Shown: piece after piece, positions 10,445-21,094 of the stretch
Numbering within the stretch: the stretch's first letter is position 1
How the letters are laid out: the number at the start of each line of letters is the position of its first letter
Assembly (NCBI GenBank): GCA_034530875.2
Contig: JAVRCJ020000012.1
Location: 32,001-96,000 of the forward strand
DNA length: 64,000 bases
From: Nostoc sp. DedSLP01
Lineage (GTDB): Bacteria > Cyanobacteriota > Cyanobacteriia > Cyanobacteriales > Nostocaceae
Direction: 5' to 3'
Notes under the pieces: model-generated
What the model saw: only the letters and a program-made list of their open reading frames with translations
The model's database searches: none
Told to the model about the DNA's origin: nothing
Translations under genes and position numbers: made by a program

Positions 10445-11143
10445 ATGTTAGAGTACAACTTGCCAAGGTACTTGCCTTCAGCCGAAGAACTACCCGACTC
10501 TGATGAAACCCCTGTGGATAATGAGCTACAAGAATTAATACCAGGTTTGCTGAAGTCGATACTGCTGATACTCTGGGCAGAACGTATGGACTGGTTTTTT
10601 GGCATAGATATGGGTATTTATTATCACCCGGATAAACCTGCGATCGTGCCAGATGGGTTTTTAAGTTTAGGAGTAGAGCGATTTTATGATGAGGAACTAC
10701 GTCCCAGCTATGTGCTATGGGATGAAAACGTTCTACCAATTTTGGTACTAGAAGTTGTTTCCCAAAATTATCGCAAAGAATACACCACTAAATTGGATGA
10801 ATATGCAGCATTAGGCGTACTTTACTACGTGATTTATTCTTCTCGCCGCCGCCGCAAACCTCGATTAGAAGTGCATAAATTAGTTAATGGTAAATATGAA
10901 TTGCAACAAGGAAACCCCGTTTGGTTACCAGAAATTGGTTTAGGAATTGGTTGCGAAAGGGGAAACTATAGCGGCATAACACGAGAATGGATGTATTGGT
11001 ACGATGAGGCTGGAAAACGCTATACCACACCAGCAGAACAAATTAAACAAGAAGCACAACGCGCCGAGCTTGCAGAACAACGCGTTCAACAGTTGGCAGA
11101 ACAATTAAGAGCGCTGGGAATCGATCCAGATAATCTCGGTTAG
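10445..11143 (+). CDS. Uma2 family (PD-(D/E)xK-like) protein
   Basis: LPDSDETPVDNELQ, PDGFL, LEVVS and a C-terminal coiled coil ending LRALGIDP; start at MLEYN. Confidence 0.9.
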   Translation: MLEYNLPRYLPSAEELPDSDETPVDNELQELIPGLLKSILLILWAERMDWFFGIDMGIYYHPDKPAIVPDGFLSLGVERFYDEELRPSYVLWDENVLPILVLEVVSQNYRKEYTTKLDEYAALGVLYYVIYSSRRRRKPRLEVHKLVNGKYELQQGNPVWLPEIGLGIGCERGNYSGITREWMYWYDEAGKRYTTPAEQIKQEAQRAELAEQRVQQLAEQLRALGIDPDNLG

Positions 11144-11202
11144 CTAGTTTTCAATATTTTCACAAAGTTTTTGTTCTAAAAACTCTCAGAAAATAAAAAC
11201 TA

Positions 11203-12054
11203 TTACTTTTTAGGAATAACGTTTCTGATTCCACTTTTGGTAGAAACAGTATCCCCTTTGTAACGAGGAATAATATGAATACTGGCGTGCATAATATTTT
11301 GGCCTGCTTCTCGATTAATATTCATTCCTACATTAAAACCATCAGGTTCAAATTCCGCTTTGAGGATTTCTTGTACTTTATTTACCATAAACCAACAAGC
11401 GGATTGTTCTTTAAAGGGTAGTTCAAAATAATTGCTAACATGACGTTTAGGAATAACTAAAACATGTCCTTTACTGAGAGGATAGCCATCAAATATAGCG
11501 TAAGCTGTTGCCGATTCAGTTAAGAGAGTAAGATTTTTACGAGGATTACAAAATATACAATAATTGGATGAATTTTGCTGATAATTATAGTGAATATATT
11601 CATAAACTTCGCGGCTCTCATCTGAATATATTGAAGAAAAAGGAAGTTTGACAATACATTGATAGGTAGGTTTTTTGTGAACGTAATGTTCGCGAAAACC
11701 TTCTTTTTTAATGTCTCTTCTCACAGCATAATAAGCTTTACCTCCTGCTTTTAATAAATGTGATACTTGCATCAGAGTATTAGCTTGTTCTTGGGCAAAT
11801 AAAACATTTAAAACATAAAAGCAAATTATTGTATCAAATTTATTTTGAGGATATTCTGGAAAATAATAAGGGTCATATCCTGTAATATCACATCCTTTCT
11901 GGCGTAAAATTTTCACATCATTACCAAAGCCACAACCAAAGTCTAGTATTTTCCCTCGCAGCAGATTTTGATTTAATAAAAACTGTGCTGGAAATGATAG
12001 ATAAGTTCTTTCGATCGCAGTTAGATGGCTGTATTGATTTTTTTGCTGTTTCAT
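11203..12054 (-). CDS. Class I SAM methyltransferase-HIT family fusion
   Basis: LDFGCGFG...YDPYY, then CIFC...YPLSKGHVLVIPKRH...HASIHIIPRY; likely start at MKQQK. Confidence 0.85.
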   Translation of the reverse strand: MKQQKNQYSHLTAIERTYLSFPAQFLLNQNLLRGKILDFGCGFGNDVKILRQKGCDITGYDPYYFPEYPQNKFDTIICFYVLNVLFAQEQANTLMQVSHLLKAGGKAYYAVRRDIKKEGFREHYVHKKPTYQCIVKLPFSSIYSDESREVYEYIHYNYQQNSSNYCIFCNPRKNLTLLTESATAYAIFDGYPLSKGHVLVIPKRHVSNYFELPFKEQSACWFMVNKVQEILKAEFEPDGFNVGMNINREAGQNIMHASIHIIPRYKGDTVSTKSGIRNVIPKK

Positions 12055-12126
12055 AGAATTTTGGTGCAGATGTGCCAAAATTATTATTCCCAGCATTTTT
12101 TGAGGTTATGCGATGTCTACGGCAGG

Positions 12127-12422
12127 CTACGCCAATGCATCAGGGTCAACACCTAATTCTCGTAACTTAGCTGCTAATATATCAGCACGTTGACGTTCTT
12201 GTTCGGCACGTTGACTTTCTTGTTCTGCACGTTGGCGTTCCTGTTCGGCACGTTGGCGTTCCTGCTCAGCTTTTTCGCTACTCCACAACAGCAAATTTCC
12301 TTCTTTATCCCACCACCGCAGCCAATTTGTCGTTTGGCAAAGTCTTTCGCCATACCAAATTCCCAAGAATAAATCCAACTCAGGAATCCAAAAGCGTCCA
12401 TTATTATCTGCTTGCTGCAAAG
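12127..12422 (-). CDS. Uma2 family protein, exon 2 (3' of the group II intron)
   Basis: GRFWIPELDLFLGIW...WLRWWD...(AEQERQR)n...LRELGVDP; joins exon 1 in frame. Confidence 0.88.
12186..12270 (-). repeat. Four 21-bp coding tandem repeats (AEQERQR)
   Basis: Translation AEQERQRAEQERQRAEQESQRAEQERQR. Confidence 0.8.
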
Positions 12423-14892
12423 ATTAAACTCAACGAAGCTGTCACCAACTCCGTTGGTCTTCAAAACCGGACGTGAGACTTTCACCTCATCCGGCTCCTC
12501 AGTGATTTGGTGTTATTGTTAAACATACCTCATTACCCATTTATCCTGAATTTTTCAGTGTTTTTGGTGGGCTTAGGCTTGGCGCTATTGCATCCAGATT
12601 GGTTGCCTGACTGCTATCGTTAGCAGTTTTTGTATCGTGGCAATGTCTGTGAAGGAGTTGCCTGTTGTCGTATGAATCCTTTCCACCTTGCGATTTTGGG
12701 ATTCTATGGTCAACTTCCATCACGTCACCTTCTCGGAAAAACATTTTGCAGTGGTTACACTTCCCTTTTTGCTTTTTTAGAAGTTTTGAAACTCTAATCG
12801 GCATTTCTGGATTGTTTCCCATTCTTGTACTCCAGTAAACCAGGTTTCCGTCGTAAGGTGACGATTCGCTTTTAACCTTGATATGTCGCACTATAGGGGT
12901 GGTTGCATGGTCAAGTAACCTCAATTCTGTTACTTCTCCCTTTTTGGTTGTTGCGAATACCCAGTTATTACCGTTTATGGATTTCCAATACTTCTTGGCA
13001 ATCCATTTTCCACCTTTTGTTGAGTGGCGACGTTTTGCCCAAGCTTTTAGCTTTTGGTATATGAGGTTATCAATTTCTTTGTAAGCTTCCTTACTTACAA
13101 CGGTCGCATAGTAATTTGCCCATCCCCTAATAATTGGGTTAAGTCGGTTAATTAGTGCCGCTTGCGGTGCTGCCTTATGGGATTCAATAATACTGGCGAT
13201 TTCGTCGTAATGTACCTTTTGCTTTTCTTTGCTTGGGGTGATGATTGTTTTAAAACCTAGTAAATTCCCTTTTGTATCTTTACTCGACTGATTTTTTCCT
13301 TTCGGAAATTGTCGGATATTATAACCGAGGAAATTAAACCCTTCCTGTTCTTGCTCGTACTTATTTAAGGTATGAGTAAGTCTTGTTTTACTTGGTTTTA
13401 GTTCAAGACCCATGCCTTCTAACCATTCAGAGATGATGCTCTGGCATCTTTGGACTACGGACACATCTTTGTGGAGAATTACAAAGTCGTCGGCATAACG
13501 AATTAAGCTTATCGATCGGATGTTGTCTCTTTTATTGCCAGGTAGGGTTTCCGCGTACTGTTTAATTCGTTCTTCCATTCCGTGGAGGGCGATATTTGCC
13601 AATAATGGAGAAATTACCCCACCTTGTGGCGTACCCTCAGATGTCGGAAACAGTTGCTTACCATCCATCACCCCCGCTTTTAACCATGCTCGAACTTGTC
13701 GGCGGATGGTGGGGGATGTATTTAATTTTCTTAGCAGTGCTTCTTGGTTGATACGGTCAAAGCATTTGGCAATGTCTGCATCAAGCACGTATTTAGCTTT
13801 CTGCTTAATTGCGTTGAATATTGCTTGAATCGCATCATGGCATGAGCGTCCGGCTCTAAACCCGTATGAGTTGGGTTCAAATCGCGCTTCCCATTCTGGC
13901 TCTAGTGCCAGTTTTACCAGCGCTTGCAAGGCTCGGTCTTTCATTGTAGGTATGCCCAAAGGTCGCTTCTCTTCCATCCCAGGCTTGGGAATCCATACCC
14001 GCCTGGTTGGGCTGACCTTTGTACCCAAGTTTAATTTTCCAGTAAGCTCTAGACGTTGCTTTGGAGTTAGCGATTTAACGCCATCTACACCAGCCGTCTT
14101 TTTCCCCTGGTTATCCTGGGTGACTCTACGAACCGCTAAAGCTCTTGCTGACCATGACTTCATCAGCGTCTTTTGGAGTCTGCGATATGCTTTTACATCA
14201 CCACGGATAGAGGCTTGATAAATTCTCTTTTGGAGCTTATACACGCTACGCTCTAGCTTGCGCCAGTTAATAGAGTGCCATTCCACCATCAGTTGTTTAG
14301 ACTGTGTATTAGACATATATACTCACTACTTGGTACTTTATCTTCCAAATCACCGTAAGTCTGTTTGCATATTCTGGGCATTACCCCAGTCATTCGCTTT
14401 TGACTTAATCTCTCCTACTCGCTGCATCCGGTTAGCACCTACTCAGGGATTTGACCACCTGAGAGCATACGAGAGGTTACTTCGTTCCAAATGACCATAC
14501 TGTGCATCTTTAGAGTGACACTCTTCGCCGGGTTTATAGGAAGTGCATATTGGTCAAAATACAACTTGCCAACTCCTTATCCTGTGCCTTTTTGGCTCCA
14601 GCGCATTAAGCCTTTTTCGCTGGTCAACGCTAACGACGATTCTGATGTGTCTTCAAGCTTTTGCTTTACTCATGGATGCCTTGCTCGATGGATACCAGAT
14701 TAGGCTACCAGTAGTACCACCTTTTCACCCCGCTTTACGGATTGATGACTAGTCGCTACCGCAGGGGTGATGCTTTCAACACTGCACTTGCGTGGTAGGA
14801 TTCTCACCTACAAGGTCATTTAGTTGTCTGGCTAATGAAACCAGCTAACCGTCCCTAAGTATTTCTACTTATTTAGGCTAAACGAATCGCAC
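12423..14892 (-). mobile_element. Group II intron (2470 nt, probably chloroplast-like/IIB class)
   Basis: 5' end GTGCG at 14892; domain V GAGCCGGATGAGGTGAAAGTCTCACGTCCGGTT; domain VI ends ...GAGTTTAAT at 12423; removal restores the Uma2 frame. Confidence 0.95.
12541..14316 (-). CDS. ltrA: Group II intron reverse transcriptase/maturase with HNH endonuclease
   Basis: TAGVDG, RPLGIP, PQGGVISPLLANI, YADD, NPIIRGWANYY, DHRIPKSQGG...LLHRHCH. Confidence 0.95.
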   Translation of the reverse strand: MSNTQSKQLMVEWHSINWRKLERSVYKLQKRIYQASIRGDVKAYRRLQKTLMKSWSARALAVRRVTQDNQGKKTAGVDGVKSLTPKQRLELTGKLNLGTKVSPTRRVWIPKPGMEEKRPLGIPTMKDRALQALVKLALEPEWEARFEPNSYGFRAGRSCHDAIQAIFNAIKQKAKYVLDADIAKCFDRINQEALLRKLNTSPTIRRQVRAWLKAGVMDGKQLFPTSEGTPQGGVISPLLANIALHGMEERIKQYAETLPGNKRDNIRSISLIRYADDFVILHKDVSVVQRCQSIISEWLEGMGLELKPSKTRLTHTLNKYEQEQEGFNFLGYNIRQFPKGKNQSSKDTKGNLLGFKTIITPSKEKQKVHYDEIASIIESHKAAPQAALINRLNPIIRGWANYYATVVSKEAYKEIDNLIYQKLKAWAKRRHSTKGGKWIAKKYWKSINGNNWVFATTKKGEVTELRLLDHATTPIVRHIKVKSESSPYDGNLVYWSTRMGNNPEMPIRVSKLLKKQKGKCNHCKMFFREGDVMEVDHRIPKSQGGKDSYDNRQLLHRHCHDTKTANDSSQATNLDAIAPSLSPPKTLKNSG

Positions 14893-15385
14893 TATATCGT
14901 CCATTTTGCAAGCAGCGTACTTCTAAATTTGGTTCGTAGGGGTCATAAGTTACGTAAGTTGGAACTTTGAGAATTCGTTCGTAAAAATAGAGCTTACCAT
15001 AAGGTGGAGTTGAGCGAACCGAGAGTTCTCCACCTTCTGTATCTGAGAGAAATTCCATCACCACAGCAACAGCAGCACCTTCTAAATTCTGGGTATAGCT
15101 ACGCCGAATTACATCAGCCGCTACAGGGTGGACTTGAGGGACGTAAAACCAGTCTGGTGCTTTGACGACGATTTTTTTATTGACTGTGGCTACCAGTCCA
15201 AAATTAGAGCCAATTAACATCTGCGGTTGGATGCGTTCTGCGGTTCCCAAAGCATCGGTAAGCGCCGCAGCAAGAACGGGTTGTTGAATATTTTCCACTG
15301 GATCGTCAGGTAAAATGAAGTCAGCTGGGAGTGCTTCCCAAGTAACAATTGGTTCTTTTTGGGTGGGTTGAATTTGCAGAACCAT
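14893..15385 (-). CDS. Uma2 family protein, exon 1 (5' of the group II intron)
   Basis: LPDDPVENI, APDWFYV, VMEFLS; exon 1 (493 nt) plus exon 2 (296 nt) is 789 nt, or 262 aa. Confidence 0.88.
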
Positions 15386-15494
15386 AAAACGACTCCTAAT
15401 ATTAATTTCTAAGTTATCAGTTATTAGGGCTGTCTAATTCTTGAAGTTTGAGAGTTTTGATTCAATCTAGGTATTCTCATTTGGTGTGCTACTC

Positions 15495-17237
15495 ATGCTC
15501 AGACGCTTAGGCAGCCGTAAAATCTCTTCAGTAGTTATGCTTTGCCTTGTTATATGCTTTACTCTAATAAGCGTGCATTCATGTGGGCAAACAAATATGA
15601 TATCAGCGCCTCATTTGCTGACGGATCCATTTTTGCAGCTGCCAACTGAAAATTCAGTCCGAGTAGTTTGGTTTACTGAGTTTGCTGGTACTCAACACAC
15701 AGTGTCCTACGGTGAAAATCTCAAACAAACTGCTAAGGCAAATACTATCAAACTCAGTCGCACGCGTGAAGACCAGAAATCAAGAGTTGCAAACCAAACC
15801 CAAGACGGCCAAGTTTATCAAAAACCTGTTAGGCGGGACATTTGGAGACATGAAGCTGAGGTAACTGGGTTAACTCCTGGCGTGCGAGTAAACTATCGCG
15901 TCACAAGTGTGCGGGAAGATGGTGAAACCGTTAGCAGTGATGTTTTTAGCCTCGCAGCTACTCCAAAACCTGGTACACCTTTAAAAATTCTACTTACCTC
16001 AGATCATCAACTCAAGCCAATGACATCTGCAAATCTGCAAAAGGTAGTGGAGACTGTTGGACGAGTTGATGGGGTATGGTTTGCTGGCGATTTGGTCAAT
16101 GTTAGCGATCGCGCCTCAGAATGGTTTGATGATAATAGTGGTGGTGCGTTGTTTCCCGGTTTGCAAGGTCGTGCTAAATATGAAATCACTCACGATGGTG
16201 TAAAGACCACCTACACTGGCGGACAAATAATTCAACATGCACCCATGTTTACTTGTATTGGCAATCATGAAGTCATGGGGCGATATGCCAGAACTGAAAA
16301 TTTAAATGATGAATTTGATGATACCATTCCTCATGCAGTTGCCCAAAAATTTTATCCTGGCAAATCTCTAATAGATAATTCTTTTAATACTATTACCTAC
16401 GAAGAAATTTTGACTCTGCCAACCAGCCAAGAAGGTGGCAAAAAATATTATGCAGTGACTTTTGGTGATGTGCGTCTGGTAGTACTATACATTACGAATA
16501 TGTGGCGCACTCCCAAATTAGACGCACGTGCAAAAGGTAGATATAAAGAAGCAGAAAAGGATTTAAATAATCCAGAAAATTGGGGCTATGGACAGGTGAT
16601 TTACGAGCCAATTGCTAAAGGTAGCAAGCAGTATAATTGGCTAAAAACAGAACTCAACAGCCCTGAATTTCAACAGGCAAAATACAAAGTTGTCATGTTT
16701 CATCATCCTCCCCATACTCTGGGTGATAATATAGTTCCTGCTTATACAGATCCAGTACAAATAATCGAACGAGATGGTGACAATATTAAAGCAGTGCGTT
16801 ACGAGTACCCCAAAGACGCAGATTATATCATTTGCGATGTTTTACCTTTGCTGGAAGCAGCTAACGTGCAATTAGTATTTTATGGTCATTCCCATTTATG
16901 GAATCGCTTTGTTAGTCCCAATGGAATGCACTTTTTAGAAACATCTAATGTTGGTAATACTTATGGTGCTGCTTGGGGTAATAGAAAGCGAGAAGTACCA
17001 ATTGGCTATCGAGAAAATTACGTTCAGCTTGGCGACCCCAATGGTTTAGAACCAATGCGCCCAACAATTGCCCCTTTATTAGGTGAAGATGGTAAAGCGA
17101 TGCCTTATATTGCCAGTAACGACCTTACAGTTTTCAGTATCTTTGATACAGGCACAGGTATAGTAAGTAGTTATCGTTTTGATACTCGCAAGCCGAATTC
17201 AGAAGTTATGAAATTTGATGAATTCCAATTGCAATAG
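15495..17237 (+). CDS. Exported purple-acid-phosphatase-like metallophosphoesterase with an N-terminal Fn3-like domain
   Basis: Hydrophobic N-terminus ending in Cys; SDHQ, GDLV, GNHE, HHPP and GHSH motifs. Confidence 0.85.
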   Translation: MLRRLGSRKISSVVMLCLVICFTLISVHSCGQTNMISAPHLLTDPFLQLPTENSVRVVWFTEFAGTQHTVSYGENLKQTAKANTIKLSRTREDQKSRVANQTQDGQVYQKPVRRDIWRHEAEVTGLTPGVRVNYRVTSVREDGETVSSDVFSLAATPKPGTPLKILLTSDHQLKPMTSANLQKVVETVGRVDGVWFAGDLVNVSDRASEWFDDNSGGALFPGLQGRAKYEITHDGVKTTYTGGQIIQHAPMFTCIGNHEVMGRYARTENLNDEFDDTIPHAVAQKFYPGKSLIDNSFNTITYEEILTLPTSQEGGKKYYAVTFGDVRLVVLYITNMWRTPKLDARAKGRYKEAEKDLNNPENWGYGQVIYEPIAKGSKQYNWLKTELNSPEFQQAKYKVVMFHHPPHTLGDNIVPAYTDPVQIIERDGDNIKAVRYEYPKDADYIICDVLPLLEAANVQLVFYGHSHLWNRFVSPNGMHFLETSNVGNTYGAAWGNRKREVPIGYRENYVQLGDPNGLEPMRPTIAPLLGEDGKAMPYIASNDLTVFSIFDTGTGIVSSYRFDTRKPNSEVMKFDEFQLQ

Positions 17238-17686
17238 GTAGGCTTTATTACTAGTAATTAATAGTGAATTTATGCATAAAAAAACAGTTAATTTTTGTGC
17301 ATATTTTTTCAAAATACTCGATTTTAAAGTATGTGAGTGAGGTTACGAGATGTTGCTTCACAGGAAATATGCACACAGAGGTATGGAACAACTAGTTAAA
17401 GCTCCCAAATTTCATATTACTAATTAACTTTGTAGCCTTAACTGAATCGTATTGCCTTAAAAAAGATGGCTTTGATTTCGGTTTCCCCGGTTTCTTGGGG
17501 GTTAGGGGGGACTTACAAAACCCTATTTTCAAATTAGTTTAGGAGGTGGATTTTGCCTGTATAAATGAGACTTCCAGCCGCCTTAATTATTCTTTTTATA
17601 GAGTCATTAAGTAGCATTAAAATACTTGACAAGATTATTGGCTTGTAACATACTACCATTGTTTGTAGTATTTGGAAAAAATTATC

Positions 17687-18067
17687 ATGCCAAAAACAAA
17701 TTTTTCAACAGAAAAAGAATATTTTTCTGTTAACTCTGATGGCCTTAATGAAAATTCATTATCTGAATTAAGCTCGGATGAAGCCTCTGAAATTATGGGA
17801 GGTTTTACAATTAGGAATGATTCAGGAAGTACGAGAAGGTTTTTTATTTTTGGAGCATTCTTAGACCCAGAAGTTCAACTTTTACAACCTGGAGAAACCG
17901 GTGATTATGATGGAGAATATATTTTATATAATTCTTCAAGAACCTCATTTAGCCCAACATTATCATCGAGAATCAATCCAGATGACGCACTAAGGTTTGA
18001 ACGTCAGGGAAATAAAATAGCTATTGGGCCTGGATTTGCCTTCTCCCTTGCCAACGGGCCAGCCTAA
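17687..18067 (+). CDS. Small protein with a double-glycine-type leader
   Basis: ...LSELSSDEASEIMGG followed by a ~87-aa beta-rich region. Confidence 0.65.
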   Translation: MPKTNFSTEKEYFSVNSDGLNENSLSELSSDEASEIMGGFTIRNDSGSTRRFFIFGAFLDPEVQLLQPGETGDYDGEYILYNSSRTSFSPTLSSRINPDDALRFERQGNKIAIGPGFAFSLANGPA

Positions 18068-18532
18068 AAACTAAAACTGGTGTAGGTTAAGGAGCCAGGA
18101 CGAATAAAATTCGCGGCTACACAAACAAGAGCTACACCTTTGTGGGCTAAAATAAAATAAGCTTTTTGAAGCCCACATAGGCGGCTTTTGGGTGTGTAGA
18201 CGCGGTTTTTTTTAACCGCAGATTTAACGTTAAGTTGATACGTATGACAGTTGTACGCCGTTACAAGGTGGTCTATCTACCTAGATAATTATCACCTCTG
18301 CGTTAGGCAATCAAGCAATCATCACAGAATAACGAATTTGAACGCACTCCAGCTATAATCTCTGATTTAGTTGGGGTGCGTTCAAGTATTTTTAGGTGGG
18401 GACTGCGCGAAAAATTTTTCGTTAAAGCCAGTAGTTTAAATTTATATACATAAAATAAAGTAAAAATATCAACTAAATCTGAAAAAATTGATAGAAATTG
18501 TGATTTTTTAAGTACTTGTGAGGCTTGAACCT

Positions 18533-19885
18533 ATGACTCATGCTTGCTGCGGCCCTGGCTACGCTTCTCCAGAAGCAGCCATCAAAGCCGAAAGAGAAAA
18601 GGTGCTTTATGCGATCGCCCTTTATACTGGTACTGGTATCGAAGAACCAGATTATCTTGCCACGGTAGACGTTGACCCCAATTCGCCCACTTATTCCCAA
18701 GTGATTCATCGTCTGCCTATGCCTTATATTGGCGATGAGTTACATCACTTTGGCTGGAATGCTTGTAGTTCCTGCCACGGCGATACTAGTAAATCGCGGC
18801 GATTTATGGTGATACCCGGCCAACGTTCTAGCCGCATCTATATTGTTGATACCGCAGACGCCAAAGCCCCAAAATTGCATAAAGTCATCGAACCACAAGA
18901 AATTGTCGAAAAAACTAATTTAACTGCTCCCCACACAGTACACTGTCTAGCAGATGGTCATGTGATGATTTCCATGCTGGGCGACAGGAACGGAGATGGC
19001 CCTGGTGGGTTTTTGTTACTCGACGATAATTTTGATATTGCTGGACGTTGGGAACGCAATGCTAACACCATGCAGTTTAACTATGACTTTTGGTATCAGC
19101 CGCGTCATAACGTCATGGTGAGTAGTGAGTGGGGCGCACCCAAAACCTATTATCCTGGTTTTGACCTCAACGATGTAGCAGATGGTAAATACGGTCACCA
19201 CGTACATTTTTGGAATTGGTCAACACGGGAAATTATCCAAAGCTTTGATTTAAAAGAAGAAGGATTAATTCCCTTAGAAGTGCGTTTTCAGCATAACCCC
19301 GATAGCACTCATGGATTTGTCGCCGCAGCACTCAGCAGTAATGTTTGGCATTGGCACAAACCTAACGGCCATTGGCATATAGAGAAAGTAATTGATATAC
19401 CTTCAGTAGAACTGGATGGATGGCCGATACCAGTGCCATCATTGATTACTGATATCTTAATCTCAATGTGCGATCGCTATATTTACTTTTCCAATTGGTT
19501 GCATGGAGATATTCGCCAATATGATATCAGCGACCCAACTCATCCTCGACTCACCGGCCAAGTTTGGTGCGGTGGTTTGTTAGGTAACAGCGGTGAAGTT
19601 CAAGGTCATAAATTAGCTGGCGGCCCGCAAATGCTACAGCTGAGTTTAGATGGCAAACGGCTTTATGTGACCAATTCTCTATTTAGCACTTGGGATAATC
19701 AGTTTTATCCTGAGTTATCTAAAACCGGCTCATATTTATTACAAATTGATTGCGACACTGAAAATGGCGGATTAAAAATCAACGAAGACTTCTACGTTGA
19801 CTTTGGTAAAGAACCAAGAGGCCCCTCTCGCGCCCATGAGATGCGCTATCCTGGTGGTGATTGCACTTCAGATATCTGGATTTAA
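18533..19885 (+). CDS. Selenium-binding protein SBP56 / methanethiol oxidase family
   Basis: [57 protein letters not shown]. Confidence 0.92.
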   Translation: MTHACCGPGYASPEAAIKAEREKVLYAIALYTGTGIEEPDYLATVDVDPNSPTYSQVIHRLPMPYIGDELHHFGWNACSSCHGDTSKSRRFMVIPGQRSSRIYIVDTADAKAPKLHKVIEPQEIVEKTNLTAPHTVHCLADGHVMISMLGDRNGDGPGGFLLLDDNFDIAGRWERNANTMQFNYDFWYQPRHNVMVSSEWGAPKTYYPGFDLNDVADGKYGHHVHFWNWSTREIIQSFDLKEEGLIPLEVRFQHNPDSTHGFVAAALSSNVWHWHKPNGHWHIEKVIDIPSVELDGWPIPVPSLITDILISMCDRYIYFSNWLHGDIRQYDISDPTHPRLTGQVWCGGLLGNSGEVQGHKLAGGPQMLQLSLDGKRLYVTNSLFSTWDNQFYPELSKTGSYLLQIDCDTENGGLKINEDFYVDFGKEPRGPSRAHEMRYPGGDCTSDIWI

Positions 19886-20046
19886 TTTCAAAGCGAATAT
19901 TGCGCTTGAAAAGATGGAAACTTGTCAAGGCAGGGTGTAGGGTGGAGTGTTTTAAGACAATTGAATTTGAGTTCGCTATACAAAACAAAATTTTCTTAAT
20001 TCCCCACACCCTAGACCCTTTTTAACTGAAAATTGCTGTAATTTCT

Positions 20047-20367
20047 ATGAAAAGTTACCGAATAGAACTCGTTAATCGCAATAACTTGGTTGTAGAGGTG
20101 GCAGAAAGCCAATACATATTAGATGCTGTAGAAGCCACGGGTTTGCGTTTACCTGTGGGTTGCCGATACGGTGCTTGCATTACTTGTGCAGCGCGTCTAA
20201 TTGAGGGTAAAGTCGAGCAATCGGAAGCGATCGCACTCAAATCTGCACAACAAGCAATGGGTTTTGTTTTACTTTGTATTGCCTATCCCCGTTCGGATTG
20301 CAAGTTTGAGGTGGGTGTAGAGTGCCAAGAGCAACTTTATATCAATCCGTTCAAAGGTCGTCGCTGA
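20047..20367 (+). CDS. 2Fe-2S plant-type ferredoxin-like protein
   Basis: GCRYGACITC...LLCIAYPRSDC. Confidence 0.9.
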   Translation: MKSYRIELVNRNNLVVEVAESQYILDAVEATGLRLPVGCRYGACITCAARLIEGKVEQSEAIALKSAQQAMGFVLLCIAYPRSDCKFEVGVECQEQLYINPFKGRR

Positions 20368-21094
20368 TATTAATTTTAGAATTTACGCATTGACAAAAAA
20401 CTAAATACATGTACATATAATTTCGGATTATACTATTTCACCAAATTATTGATACAAATCATTCTTCTTGCTCCCCCTGCCTTCGTTAACTCAATTAAGC
20501 TGTAAAGCCCTTACAACGCGGTCTATTTACCTGAAAATTGCTGTAACACTAGGCTTGGTAACCTAGTTTGCATACTTCATTAACTTGAAAAATGCTGTGA
20601 TTTTAGATATTAATAGATTAAATTTTTTACCTTCAAATTTATTGAATATTTATATTATAAATATTGCTACTATCTAAAGATATAGTGCATAAAATTTTAT
20701 TTCCTCCTCATGGATGAATTTTGAGAATAAATAACATTCTATTTGGGTTAGAGAATATTAATTTCAGCCATATAATACCTGAAAATCGCCCGTCAAGAAA
20801 TATCGATGGATGAATTGATGAAACGTTTCATTACAAGCTGATACAGAGTCTGCGCAATTTCAAATACATCTATTTAAATTAAATGTAGTATACAAACTAG
20901 GCTCAAAACCTTTGCACAAAGCCTACTTCACTACTGATTTCTGAATTCAGACTCCTGACTTCTGACTTCTGAATTCAGACTCCTGACTCCTAAATTCCAC
21001 TTCTTTAACAGACTGATAATTTGTGCCATAATAACTTTTAAATATTATTGGCAATTTTTGCCACCGTCAGGAAAAAAGTAAGGAGAAAAGTGAC

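Noticed and set aside
12186..12270. CRISPR-like repeat array
   Set aside because: Contiguous 21-bp coding repeats with no spacers; I saw no CRISPR array or cas gene in the window
12541..14316. Retron, DGR or CRISPR-associated reverse transcriptase
   Set aside because: It has maturase and HNH domains and lies within canonical group II intron ends
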